A stretch of DNA of 64,000 nucleotides, taken from contig CALHKE010000018.1 of the NCBI GenBank assembly GCA_938033695.1, positions 6,654-70,653 on the forward strand, read 5' to 3'. This document shows, piece after piece, positions 19,091 through 27,984 of the stretch. This DNA comes from an uncultured Candidatus Saccharibacteria bacterium. Lineage in GTDB: Bacteria; Patescibacteriota; Saccharimonadia; Saccharimonadales; Saccharimonadaceae. The notes under the pieces are model-generated. The model was not told the origin of the DNA. It ran no database searches and was given only the letters and a program-made list of their open reading frames with translations. A program made the translations under genes and the position numbers. The number at the start of each line of letters is the position of its first letter. Position 1 is the first letter of the stretch.

Positions 19091-19182
19091 TTGACAGAAA
19101 AGCTACCACATTGTATAATATAAAGGTAGTTTTTACTCGCACCTTAAAATTTTGGAACCCTGCCTACCATGTTTTAAGGTGC
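19091..19182 (+). promoter_or_regulatory. promoter, boxA-like motif (19139-19149) and leader arm (19150-19159)
   Basis: TTGACA-17-TATAAT; GCACCTTAAAA; TTTTGGAACC complementary to 20373-20382. Confidence 0.75.
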
Positions 19183-19203
19183 ATTTCTTGTGAGGAGGAT
19201 ATT

Positions 19204-19677
19204 ATGAAACTACCCCTGATTCATCACGATACGCATGCCAAAAATATCGCTATTTTGAAAGATTGGCAACTCTTTTTCGAAGAAAAGGATGGTTACCCTA
19301 ATCGCCAGGAGGTCATGATCGACTTTAGCCGGTTTTATCATCATCTTAAAGATCATGAAATAACTATTTCCGGCAAATGTCTCCTGGGTGGTCTGATTTA
19401 TGGCGACCCTAGATTCAAGGATGGTGAAGAAATTTTCACTAGCCCCATCACGCATTTTGCGCGCGTATCCAAAGAGTATTGTCGCGGTGTCGAGCATGAA
19501 TTAATCTGTGCCACCACGACAAACCAGCATAAATATTATTTTTATACCGATCACTGCAGTGATGATATGTCCAATATGTTACTGGATATGGCTAAATTTA
19601 ATAAACTCAGTCTCATCCGAGGTTATTATTTACCCACTAGACTTCAGTATCCGAATATCGATCGTCACTTCATCTAA
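19204..19677 (+). CDS. hypothetical protein (possible remote family C)
   Basis: ATG after GAGGAGG; GLIYGDPRFKDG..IFTSPI. Confidence 0.7.
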   Translation: MKLPLIHHDTHAKNIAILKDWQLFFEEKDGYPNRQEVMIDFSRFYHHLKDHEITISGKCLLGGLIYGDPRFKDGEEIFTSPITHFARVSKEYCRGVEHELICATTTNQHKYYFYTDHCSDDMSNMLLDMAKFNKLSLIRGYYLPTRLQYPNIDRHFI

Positions 19678-19698
19678 TCTCATCTGAGATTCACTTCT

Positions 19699-20361
19699 AT
19701 GGAGGTCATGCCTATGAAAAAACCTAAATGTAAACCTGCGTCTACGCTAAAATCTGTTTCCGGACTCGGACTTAGCAAACGCGCCGAACGTTACGTGGAG
19801 AAAAATTATTTTTCCATGGATCAATTGGTTTGGCACGTACGTTTTCTGCACTATATGATACAGTATCACCCAGAAACTTTAAAAGCCTATCGCCCAAAAG
19901 TTTTCGCAGAAATCATCAGCGCCTTAAACACTGCCGGTTATATTCGAACTGATTTTGTCGCCGATTCCTTTGGCTTCAAATATCTTGTCCGCGTATTACT
20001 CGGCAATAAGTGTGAGCCAGTCATCCTGGAATGTTTTTTACCGGAATTTTGCAAGAAATCCAATCGTTTTCGTTTAACGAACCGCCCAGACGATCAAAGC
20101 TGTCTGGAATGGAATAAAATTTACGAGAATGACGTGCTTCTTTATAAAAAATCCCTCAAAACTTTCCGCTCCAATCTTCGCACCTATCTGTCCGCGGCTG
20201 AAATGAAGTATTTTGATTACCGTTTCGGCTTCAATAAACACCGGACTCACACCCTAGCGCAAACCGCTGCAGAATTTAAACTCACCATTCCAGAGGCTAA
20301 AAAACAGGAGAAGGAAATCCTGAAGAAAATTGAACTTAGTAAAATTATTTACATGATTTAA
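19699..20361 (+). CDS. alphaCTD-like N-terminus plus sigma70 region 4 HTH protein
   Basis: VSGLGLSKRAERY; LSAAEMKYFDYRFGF..HTLAQTAAEFKLT..KEILKKI. Confidence 0.7.
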   Translation: MEVMPMKKPKCKPASTLKSVSGLGLSKRAERYVEKNYFSMDQLVWHVRFLHYMIQYHPETLKAYRPKVFAEIISALNTAGYIRTDFVADSFGFKYLVRVLLGNKCEPVILECFLPEFCKKSNRFRLTNRPDDQSCLEWNKIYENDVLLYKKSLKTFRSNLRTYLSAAEMKYFDYRFGFNKHRTHTLAQTAAEFKLTIPEAKKQEKEILKKIELSKIIYMI

Positions 20362-20426
20362 TTTGAAAACCTGGTTCCAAAAAAAATAAACCCCTCATTA
20401 CGAGGGGTTTTATTTTTTCATTTGCG

Positions 20427-20936
20427 TTACTTCAATTCTTCCCAGTCAATATCAACCGTATCATCCACAGCCTCCGCAAATTCAGGATGCATCATCCCGT
20501 CAAACAACAGCATCATCCTACTATTCTTCGTTAAACCTAGATAAACCTGACCCTGCATATACCGATCTCGCATCTCTCTATCGAAAAATCGATTCAAGAT
20601 ATATTTCTTGGCATTTTCTGAAATATCAATCCGCATTAAAAATTCGAGTTCCACCATTACATTAGAGTTTTCCACGGAATTATCCTGTTTTTCTTCCAAA
20701 TTCTTTAAGGGGAATCCCTCTAACATCACTCCTGGCAGAAAAATGGCCGTTTCCGTTTTTTGAAACTTTAATCCCGCCATCTTATCAATGGCTTTTTCCA
20801 GCAGTTGCGATGTTCCGTCGCCATTCGGCACCACCAAACGCCAAACATCATAGATAATCGCCTCATCGCGAATCACCTTGTCGACCAATTTTCGGTTTGT
20901 AAACGGCATTACACTGCTTAACCCCTCATTATGCAT
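20427..20936 (-). CDS. hypothetical protein
   Basis: SD GGAGGTGG, own promoter and bidirectional terminator. Confidence 0.65.
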   Translation of the reverse strand: MHNEGLSSVMPFTNRKLVDKVIRDEAIIYDVWRLVVPNGDGTSQLLEKAIDKMAGLKFQKTETAIFLPGVMLEGFPLKNLEEKQDNSVENSNVMVELEFLMRIDISENAKKYILNRFFDREMRDRYMQGQVYLGLTKNSRMMLLFDGMMHPEFAEAVDDTVDIDWEELK

Positions 20937-21143
20937 ATTCCACCTCCATAAAACAGAAAAATCGTAACGTCTTAGAAAATTAAAGTACCTATCCAGTTAC
21001 GACTGACTACTCTGTTATTCTATAATATTTAACCTATTTTGTCAATCTAAAACATTGACAAACTCATCATTTAGTTTATAATTATGTAATCGGCCTCGCC
21101 GTATCGCACCTTTAATTCACATCACATTTTTTAGGAGGGGACA

Positions 21144-21812
21144 ATGAAAAATGAAGTTAGTAAAGCTTGGAAAGTCGACAGCCTAAGTCAACTCGGCTAC
21201 AACCATCTCATCGATGGTAATGTCAAAAATTATGTCGAACGTAATTATGAAACCGTAGAGCATTTGATCTGGGATTGCCGCTATCTCTACTATATGGAGC
21301 AGTATCATCCAGGAGTTATTCGCAGCATTCCGCATTCGCTCAAGGTTTGTATGGAAATTTTTGAATACAATCACTTAATTTGCCGAAACATTGATTCCAG
21401 AATCATCGGCATGTATTATCTCTATCGCACGGTTTACGGCGACGACTATGAACCTTTGATTTTGGAATATCGTGACCCCAAAATCACCAAAAAGGCTCAT
21501 AATTATCAGCTCACTGATCGCGCCAAAATTCTCACCGTCCACGACTGGAATCAGCTCTATGAGGAAGATATTTGTATCGACCTCGAGAGGAGCCAGAAAG
21601 AACTCAAGCACCTCGAAAACATTCAGCGGGTTTTACAGCGTGAGTTGACCAAACGTGAATATCGCGTCGTCAATTTTAGCTTCGGCTTGCAAGGTGATAA
21701 CATTCATAATCTGCGTGAAACTGCAGTCAATGAAGGTTTGCTTCTCACTCAGACCGATCGCCACCTCAAGTCTGCGCTCAAAAAAATCCAACCTTATCTA
21801 ACTAAAATCTAG
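21144..21812 (+). CDS. alphaCTD-like N-terminus plus sigma70 region 4 HTH protein
   Basis: paralog of 19699 (YVE.NY..L.W..R.L.YM.QYHP); LTKREYRVVNFSFGL..NLRETA..SALKKI. Confidence 0.72.
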   Translation: MKNEVSKAWKVDSLSQLGYNHLIDGNVKNYVERNYETVEHLIWDCRYLYYMEQYHPGVIRSIPHSLKVCMEIFEYNHLICRNIDSRIIGMYYLYRTVYGDDYEPLILEYRDPKITKKAHNYQLTDRAKILTVHDWNQLYEEDICIDLERSQKELKHLENIQRVLQRELTKREYRVVNFSFGLQGDNIHNLRETAVNEGLLLTQTDRHLKSALKKIQPYLTKI

Positions 21813-21854
21813 CCCCTATCTAGGGGCTTTTTAGTGCCAAATTTAAAATAAAAA

Positions 21855-22000
21855 AGAGCCCCTCATCCTTTAGGAACTCTTCGTAGAAAAACTTAGACGA
21901 TGACTCGCTGACACTAGATACGGGTCACCCCGGTCGCTCTATCTAGCGCCAGACGGGTCACCTACCCAAGCTGCTCTACACCCACAACGTTTACGCCAGT
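21855..22000 (-). ncRNA. candidate rod-shaped structured RNA (or structured 3' UTR) followed by a terminator
   Basis: minus-strand pairings GTAGAG/TTCTAC, AGCTTGGG/TCTAAGTT, GGTGAC/GTCATC, CTGGCGCTAGATA/TATCTAGTGTCAG; apical CGGG-GTGA-CCCG; many G-U pairs. Confidence 0.6.
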
Positions 22001-22007
22001 ATATATT

Positions 22008-22535
22008 TTACTCGTCCAATGTGGCGAGTGTGGCGCCCTGATGAATTTGCTCCAAGCGATCTTTAAAAATCGGCTTGGCGTCCGTCGAAATCAGATAATA
22101 TTTATCCATTTTCGAGGTTACCAGATAAATCTCACTATCACCGATAGTTTCTTGCATCTCCTTCCAGTCTTCTGGTCGGAAAATATTCAGCAGCTCCTCT
22201 TTGCTCATGAGTGGCAAATCGAGCTTCTCAATCGACTGAATATTCAGAATCTCACTTGGTCTCCTTGCATCATCGGAATCTATTCCACGCAAGCGAATTC
22301 TTACATCATCGGATTTTATTCCGCGCAAGCGAATTTCTTCCTCAAAATCGAATTTCGGCAGATGTCCGTAGTAAAATGCATTGAACATCTTAAGCAAGGC
22401 AAACTGATCTATCGCCGTATGAGGTTCCATAAATTCGAAACTCCATCGACTCACCAGGGAATAATCCCGGCGAATTCGCAAATTTGCTGCAGCACGAAGT
22501 TCTTGAGCCTTCTCACGTTCGCGTCTTTTCGACAT
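22008..22535 (-). CDS. hypothetical protein with an internal 12-aa duplication (possible family C)
   Basis: SD AAAGGTGGGG; IRLRGIKSDD/IRLRGIDSDD. Confidence 0.7.
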   Translation of the reverse strand: MSKRREREKAQELRAAANLRIRRDYSLVSRWSFEFMEPHTAIDQFALLKMFNAFYYGHLPKFDFEEEIRLRGIKSDDVRIRLRGIDSDDARRPSEILNIQSIEKLDLPLMSKEELLNIFRPEDWKEMQETIGDSEIYLVTSKMDKYYLISTDAKPIFKDRLEQIHQGATLATLDE

Positions 22536-22661
22536 ATATCCCCACCTTTCTGTCGTGTGTCATCGACTAAAAATAAAATGTACTTTAAAACTTAACCTTT
22601 ATATTATACCACATTTAACAAAAAATCCTAGCCTAAGCTAGGATTCTCACTAATGCTTAGA

Positions 22662-23510
22662 CTACGGTTTCTTTTTTCGCTTTTTACCTTTACCATCCTT
22701 AGGCCCACCTTTTGGCTTATCATTTTTCTTAGAGCCATCTGAACCAATATCTTTCTTTTTCGAGTCATCCATCTCCAATGTTGTCGACTTCTGACCGTCA
22801 ATATTGGGTCTATCCAAATTACCTGGTTTATCTTTCACTTCACCATCTAGCTTCTCGAGATCCTCGTCGTCCTCGGAAAAATCATCCTCACCCCCATCAT
22901 AATATCCCCGCATATCACCATAGTCATCCATGAAGTTCATCGCTGAAAAGATTTCTCGTTCCAGTATCATGCGATTTAAATTTAGGTTATCTAAGACTGA
23001 GTTGGCTTTCTTATTTTGCTCAATTTTTTTATTCAATAACAGAGCAAATGATGGATTTACGGCACTCAAACCTACATAAAATTCACCGCTAGCTGCCGCG
23101 ATTTTATAGACCAGCTCCGATTTTTTTACTTTATAGATAGGATGCTGTTTCCGCATTTTACCAACAAAAGCTTTGTTCTCTTCTATAGTGAGCTTCTCAA
23201 TTCGCGCCACATTATCAATCACTCCGTAAAAACCCGGCTGCCCAAGCTCTAAGATATTATCAAAACATGGGTAACGCGATGCGCCAAATAGGGAAATTCC
23301 TAAATCCTGAATTTCTAAAGCCATGGTCCTTCTATGTAAAAATAAGGCAACGCTCCTTAAAAATTCGTCATACGCATACTCCACCCCATCCGCTGGCACT
23401 GTCGGGAACAAATACCAGTTCTGGATAAATTTCGATCCCAGCACCATATCTTCATGAAACTTCTGTTTCGCCGCTAATTCTTTTCTCTTATTTTTATCAT
23501 TATCTTTCAT
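22662..23510 (-). CDS. hypothetical protein with an acidic then Lys-rich tail (possible family C)
   Basis: ATG at 23510 after GGGGGGTG. Confidence 0.7.
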   Translation of the reverse strand: MKDNDKNKRKELAAKQKFHEDMVLGSKFIQNWYLFPTVPADGVEYAYDEFLRSVALFLHRRTMALEIQDLGISLFGASRYPCFDNILELGQPGFYGVIDNVARIEKLTIEENKAFVGKMRKQHPIYKVKKSELVYKIAAASGEFYVGLSAVNPSFALLLNKKIEQNKKANSVLDNLNLNRMILEREIFSAMNFMDDYGDMRGYYDGGEDDFSEDDEDLEKLDGEVKDKPGNLDRPNIDGQKSTTLEMDDSKKKDIGSDGSKKNDKPKGGPKDGKGKKRKKKP

Positions 23511-23635
23511 TTTTTCACCCCCCAATGAGATAAATCTAAGCACTAATTTTCAATGTACTTTAACCAAAGCTAACTTTCTAGCCTCATTCTATCACACCCC
23601 TGTTATTTTTACATCCTCAAGCGTTATTTCTCGCC

Positions 23636-24123
23636 AATAAAAAACTCCCGACAATGCCGGGAGCCTTGACCATAGAAGTGATCAAGAAGGTAAGTTACGT
23701 TCCGCTACTAAGCGAGCGGTGGGCTCCGTACTACCTGTACGGTAAGGTGTAGAGCAAACAGGGAATGGGAACGGGTTACAATATTCGATTGTATGTACTT
23801 GCATGGTTTTCGTTGTAAAACTATTTTGAAGATGACATTATATGCCAAAGGTTACGCGCTGCGTAGCTCAAAACACTCGACCAACGACGTGCCATCTAGA
23901 GCAGATCTACTTAATCTCTCAACGAAAATCTGTGAGTTCACACAGGCTTCCGCCTACTAGCGTTTCGATCTGTCTTTCAGGTCGAAGTGTCAGTGTACTT
24001 CTTCTCCAAAAGTGTGTGGTGATTTGACGCTAAATCAAGTATTTGGTTAGTTCAGCTTGCGAGGCGTCCCTAACTTGGTTAAGTTCCCATTCCTGTTTAT
24101 AAAAGAGCTCGTCTAGCGCTGGC
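23636..24123 (-). ncRNA. candidate ~480 nt structured non-coding RNA
   Basis: promoter TGGACA-17-TATTAT (24155-24127), boxA-like GCTCTTTTATA, 16 bp closing stem 24083-24098/23756-23772, several internal hairpins, terminator 23636-23665, no minus-strand ORF in the track. Confidence 0.7.
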
Positions 24124-24286
24124 ATTATAATAACATAACTCATATTATTTGTCCATACCTTTTTTGACATTTTATACTTTTTATGGTAGAATTATATAGA
24201 TTTAGTTCATTTTTTGTTTCTCTGAATTAAATCGTTTTTTGACAATTTGTGGGTAACTGAAAACTTAAAAAAGAGGGGGATTTTTT

Positions 24287-25174
24287 ATGCTAATTAGTGA
24301 ACAAGTTTGTAAGCAAGTAAATCAGAGTAATCTAGCCGAGCTTTTACCAGAGCTTGGCCGCTACACCATTCACTGGGCTGACGAATGTCAGTCTCGTGAT
24401 CAACCCGGCTGCGAATATGGCATCACCACCGTGAGTTACGAAAATTGTCTTTTAAGCCACGTAATTCGTGCACACGAAGAAGCCAAAATACCTGGTGAAG
24501 TCTTAGTTTTACAGGCTAGAGAGGTTTTTTATAATGAACTTTCTCCTAGCAAAAAACATGCTAAATGGCGTCGCAGTTTCTGGCAAGTTTTGCTAGATGA
24601 GGGCTACATTCGTGAAGGCCTCACTCCAGCTAATACTCAAGACACCTTTGCAATACATAGGCTCTATCAAATGGTTTATCATGATCTATCAGAAGCCAGT
24701 CAGCTAATCTGCAGTAAAGACGCCTTGTTTAGTAGCAATCAAGCTTACGAAAACTTTGTCGTACTTTCTGACCGTGAAGTCAATCGCGTCATGGAAGTTT
24801 TAAAACGCTTCCCGGAAGATTTTTTCAATTGTCTTGATCTCTTTTTTGGTATCGATATTCATGAACCTTGGAAAATTAGTCAAATTGCCCGGGCACTCGA
24901 AATTCGATCAAATGAAGTACAAGAGATGATTGATAAAGCTTTGCGCGCTATGCGAGAAGATGAGCACTATCAACTGCCACCACTTGATTCTATTATTCAA
25001 GTGCTGCCAAAAAAAGTATTTCGAACACCTGATTCTAACGAGCAACTCTACATAATTACCAATTTTATAGAGTTAACGCCCGTCTTTGAATCAGTATCTA
25101 AGACTTATGAGTTCAAAAAACCGTCTGATTTCGTTCACCAGTATTACAAAAGTCCGATGAAGGAGGTGATGTGA
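24287..25174 (+). CDS. sigma70 region 4 HTH-containing protein (divergent member of the same family)
   Basis: SNQAYENF..LSDRE, LDLFFGIDIHEPWKISQIARALEIRSNEVQEMIDKALRAMR. Confidence 0.7.
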   Translation: MLISEQVCKQVNQSNLAELLPELGRYTIHWADECQSRDQPGCEYGITTVSYENCLLSHVIRAHEEAKIPGEVLVLQAREVFYNELSPSKKHAKWRRSFWQVLLDEGYIREGLTPANTQDTFAIHRLYQMVYHDLSEASQLICSKDALFSSNQAYENFVVLSDREVNRVMEVLKRFPEDFFNCLDLFFGIDIHEPWKISQIARALEIRSNEVQEMIDKALRAMREDEHYQLPPLDSIIQVLPKKVFRTPDSNEQLYIITNFIELTPVFESVSKTYEFKKPSDFVHQYYKSPMKEVM

Positions 25175-25177
25175 TTA

Positions 25178-25780
25178 ATGTTTATTCATCGCATTAAGAA
25201 GATGCAGTTTGACGTTCCTTATGCTGAATATCAGCGTTGTCTCATTGCTTCATCTGTTGCTGATACTTACGATGAAGCCATCCAGGAATGGGAGGTCATC
25301 AAGATGGAGTATCACCCAGACAAGGATTTGATTAGTTTTAGTAAACGCGTCCGCAGTCATACTGGCTGCACGATTCGCAATCTTCATACCAAAATCCTGC
25401 TCGGCCCCTTTAGTCTGACTGGATTAACTAAGCTCGGCAATAAGGATTTCAAACACCAAGCCGCTTTGCTTAGTCGTCTCATACATTTTAGACGCGACTA
25501 TAATCTTGACCAAAAAGTATCTATCAGTAGGGAATATTTTAGTTCATATGGTTTTAAATTAGCCTTAGAGCAGAAATTTCTTACTCAGGAGGAATATGAA
25601 GATGCTGACCGGCTATTTCGGATGAACTTTACGCAATATACGGAAGCTGATCACAAATTACACTTCAAGCTTATGAGGGATCATCTGATTCCATTTGTAA
25701 AACATTACTTCAAAGAGAGAAATACTAAACTCAAAGATTCGGTGCCATTCTCGGAAACAGCAGTCGAAACTTCAACTTAA
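25178..25780 (+). CDS. hypothetical protein
   Basis: SD AAGGAGGTGA; co-transcribed with 24287. Confidence 0.7.
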   Translation: MFIHRIKKMQFDVPYAEYQRCLIASSVADTYDEAIQEWEVIKMEYHPDKDLISFSKRVRSHTGCTIRNLHTKILLGPFSLTGLTKLGNKDFKHQAALLSRLIHFRRDYNLDQKVSISREYFSSYGFKLALEQKFLTQEEYEDADRLFRMNFTQYTEADHKLHFKLMRDHLIPFVKHYFKERNTKLKDSVPFSETAVETST

Positions 25781-25870
25781 ATTAAATTACACGCACTTTA
25801 ACCCACAAATGTCAAAAATTGGGTCCCGTTATGGGGCCCTTTTTTCTGGCCTTTTTATATAATAAATAAC

Positions 25871-27199
25871 ATGGAACAAGTAAATTCCAAGCGAACCTAT
25901 CTGGCGATTGACCTCAAATCTTTTTATGCTTCCGTCGAATGCGTGAAGCGTGGCCTCGACCCCTTAACTGCCCGTCTCGTGGTCGCCGATGAATCCCGTA
26001 CCGAAAAAACTATCTGCCTCGCCGTCTCGCCGGCTCTAAAAGCGCTCGGTGTATCTGGTCGCGCTCGACTTTTTGAAGTTTATGAAAAAGTTCCTCGTGG
26101 TAGCTTTATTATTGCCGAACCTGCCATGGCTGATTACCTTCAGGTTAGCTCCGAAATTTTTGCCATTTATGCCGCCTATGTCGCCACCGAGGATATCCAT
26201 GTTTACTCTGTCGATGAGGCATTTCTTGATATTACCAGCTATCTTCGCGCCTACGAAATGGATGCCGAACAGCTCGCGCGCACTATCATCAAAGATGTTC
26301 TAGGCCATACTGGCATTACCGCCACTGCTGGGCTCGGTAGTAATCTTTATCTGGCCAAAATTGCCATGGATATTCTTGCCAAACACCAAACTGCCGACCT
26401 TGACGGGGTGCGTATCGCGACTCTCGATGAGTCCTCCTATCGTAAATTACTCTGGCGACACCAGCCTCTCACCGATTTTTGGCGGATTGGCCCTGGCATT
26501 AGTAAATCCCTGCAAAATTTCGGGATTTACACCATGGGTGATCTCGCCCGTTTTAGCCTCACCGCTTCTGAAAAACTTTATCGTAAATTCGGCGTCAACG
26601 CTGAATTAATCATTGACCATGCCTGGGGTATTGAACCCACCACCATCGCCGATATTAAATCTTATCGCCGCAAAAATCATAGTATTAGCTCCGGCCAAGT
26701 CCTTGCCACTGGACTTTATTTTGAAAAACTTCGCAATATTCTCATCGAGATGGCCGACAAACTCTGCCATGAACTTCATGAAAAGCATTTGCTTACTAAT
26801 AACCTCACCCTACATCTTTCTTATGATAAAAAAGCCGATTCTACCTCTATTAAACCTTTCGCTCACGGCTCCAAATCTTTTTCCTACACCGACGAAAGTA
26901 ACCTGATTATTGAATATTTTTTACAAATCTTCACCAAAATTCTCGACCCCACTCGTCCAGTCAAAAAACTTAGTCTCACGCTCGGACACCTCAAATCTGC
27001 CGATATAATTACCACCCAATTAGACCTTTTTGAGAATCAAAAAACCACCGAACGGGCTAAGCGTAATCAAAGCCTCGAGCAAGCCACCCTACTCATCAAG
27101 CAAAAATACGGTAAAAACGCCATCTTGCGTGGCACCAGCTACCTCGAAGGTTCTACCATGCGCGAACGCAACCAACAAATTGGAGGTCACCGTGCCTAA
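25871..27199 (+). CDS. Y-family DNA polymerase (ImpB/MucB/SamB, DinB-like)
   Basis: IDLKSFYASVEC, YSVDEAFLD, NLYLAKIAMD, C-terminal [12 protein letters not shown]. Confidence 0.93.
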   Translation: MEQVNSKRTYLAIDLKSFYASVECVKRGLDPLTARLVVADESRTEKTICLAVSPALKALGVSGRARLFEVYEKVPRGSFIIAEPAMADYLQVSSEIFAIYAAYVATEDIHVYSVDEAFLDITSYLRAYEMDAEQLARTIIKDVLGHTGITATAGLGSNLYLAKIAMDILAKHQTADLDGVRIATLDESSYRKLLWRHQPLTDFWRIGPGISKSLQNFGIYTMGDLARFSLTASEKLYRKFGVNAELIIDHAWGIEPTTIADIKSYRRKNHSISSGQVLATGLYFEKLRNILIEMADKLCHELHEKHLLTNNLTLHLSYDKKADSTSIKPFAHGSKSFSYTDESNLIIEYFLQIFTKILDPTRPVKKLSLTLGHLKSADIITTQLDLFENQKTTERAKRNQSLEQATLLIKQKYGKNAILRGTSYLEGSTMRERNQQIGGHRA

Positions 27200-27470
27200 A
27201 CCTAACCAGCAAATTGGAGCCCCTCAACCAAATCTATCTAAACCCTCACAGTTAGGTTCTGAATCGGTTGGCCCATATCAAGACATCATCAATCTTCTGC
27301 CTCCACACTTACCGAATCATCCACCAATGTCTCGCACTGCCCGGGCCGCCCAGTTTATGCCTTTTAAGGCTTTGGAACCACACGAAGCTAATATTCAGGC
27401 TGTCGAGGAAATTGTCGAACAAAAAACTGATACTTATATCGAGTTTGACGAAATCTATCCCGATTTTTAG
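27192..27470 (+). CDS. short YolD-like partner of the Y-family polymerase
   Basis: GTG after GGAGG, overlapping the polymerase stop; [19 protein letters not shown] motif. Confidence 0.7.
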   Translation: MPKPNQQIGAPQPNLSKPSQLGSESVGPYQDIINLLPPHLPNHPPMSRTARAAQFMPFKALEPHEANIQAVEEIVEQKTDTYIEFDEIYPDF

Positions 27471-27517
27471 TGCATTTATTTACAGATTTCATATCTTATG
27501 GTAAAATAGTCCCAATC

Positions 27518-27727
27518 ATGTCAAAAAAGAGTAATACCAAACGCAAGCTCGTCGGTCTCGTTTCAGAGGAATCTGGTATCCGTGCATACTATACCAAGAA
27601 GAACACTATGAACACCCCAGACAAGCTTAGCTTGAAGAAATATGATCCAATTCTTCGCAAGCACGTCGTTTTCACTGAAACCAAGAAAAACCTTGGCCGT
27701 AACGAAGTGAAAGAGAAGAAGCGTTAA
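27518..27727 (+). CDS. rpmG: 50S ribosomal protein L33
   Basis: [29 protein letters not shown]. Confidence 0.95.
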   Translation: MSKKSNTKRKLVGLVSEESGIRAYYTKKNTMNTPDKLSLKKYDPILRKHVVFTETKKNLGRNEVKEKKR

Positions 27728-27801
27728 AATCTCCCTCTCCTTATGGGAGATTTTTTCTGTGCCAAAATTTTACCATAAAAAATAGCTCTCTCGAGCTAAT
27801 C

Positions 27802-27876
27802 TGGCAGGGGCGCACGGAATCGAACCATGATCTACGGTTTTGGAGACCGCTATACTAACCGTTGTACTACGCCCCT
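27802..27876 (-). tRNA. tRNA-Trp(CCA)
   Basis: reverse complement reads AGGGGCG...GCGGT-CTCCAAA-ACCGT...GGTTCGATTCC...CGCCCCTGCCA. Confidence 0.97.
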
Positions 27877-27984
27877 AGGCTTTTTTATTATAACATATTT
27901 CTCTAGCACCTAAGTCTCTAAATCGATTATATTTCTCTAACACTTAAACTTTTATCTCAAATCGGTTATACTTAACTTAAAATC

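Noticed and set aside
21883..21979. SRP (4.5S) or 6S RNA identity for the rod hairpin
   Set aside because: Lacks the SRP CAGG/AGCA symmetric loop and the 6S central bubble; left unassigned.
23842..24027. 61 aa plus-strand ORF
   Set aside because: No SD, no recognisable motif, and it lies antisense within the structured RNA unit.
23636..24123. tmRNA, RNase P, group II intron or retron msr-msd identity for the large structured RNA
   Set aside because: No tRNA-like ends or tag ORF, no GAGGAAAGTCC P4 motif, no GTGCG/domain V, and no reverse transcriptase in the window.
4600..25850. Integron cassette array, or IS-type terminal inverted repeats
   Set aside because: No integrase or transposase, no conserved attC GTTRRRY/RYYYAAC cores, genes on both strands with their own promoters, and the arms differ per gene and favour G-U pairing.
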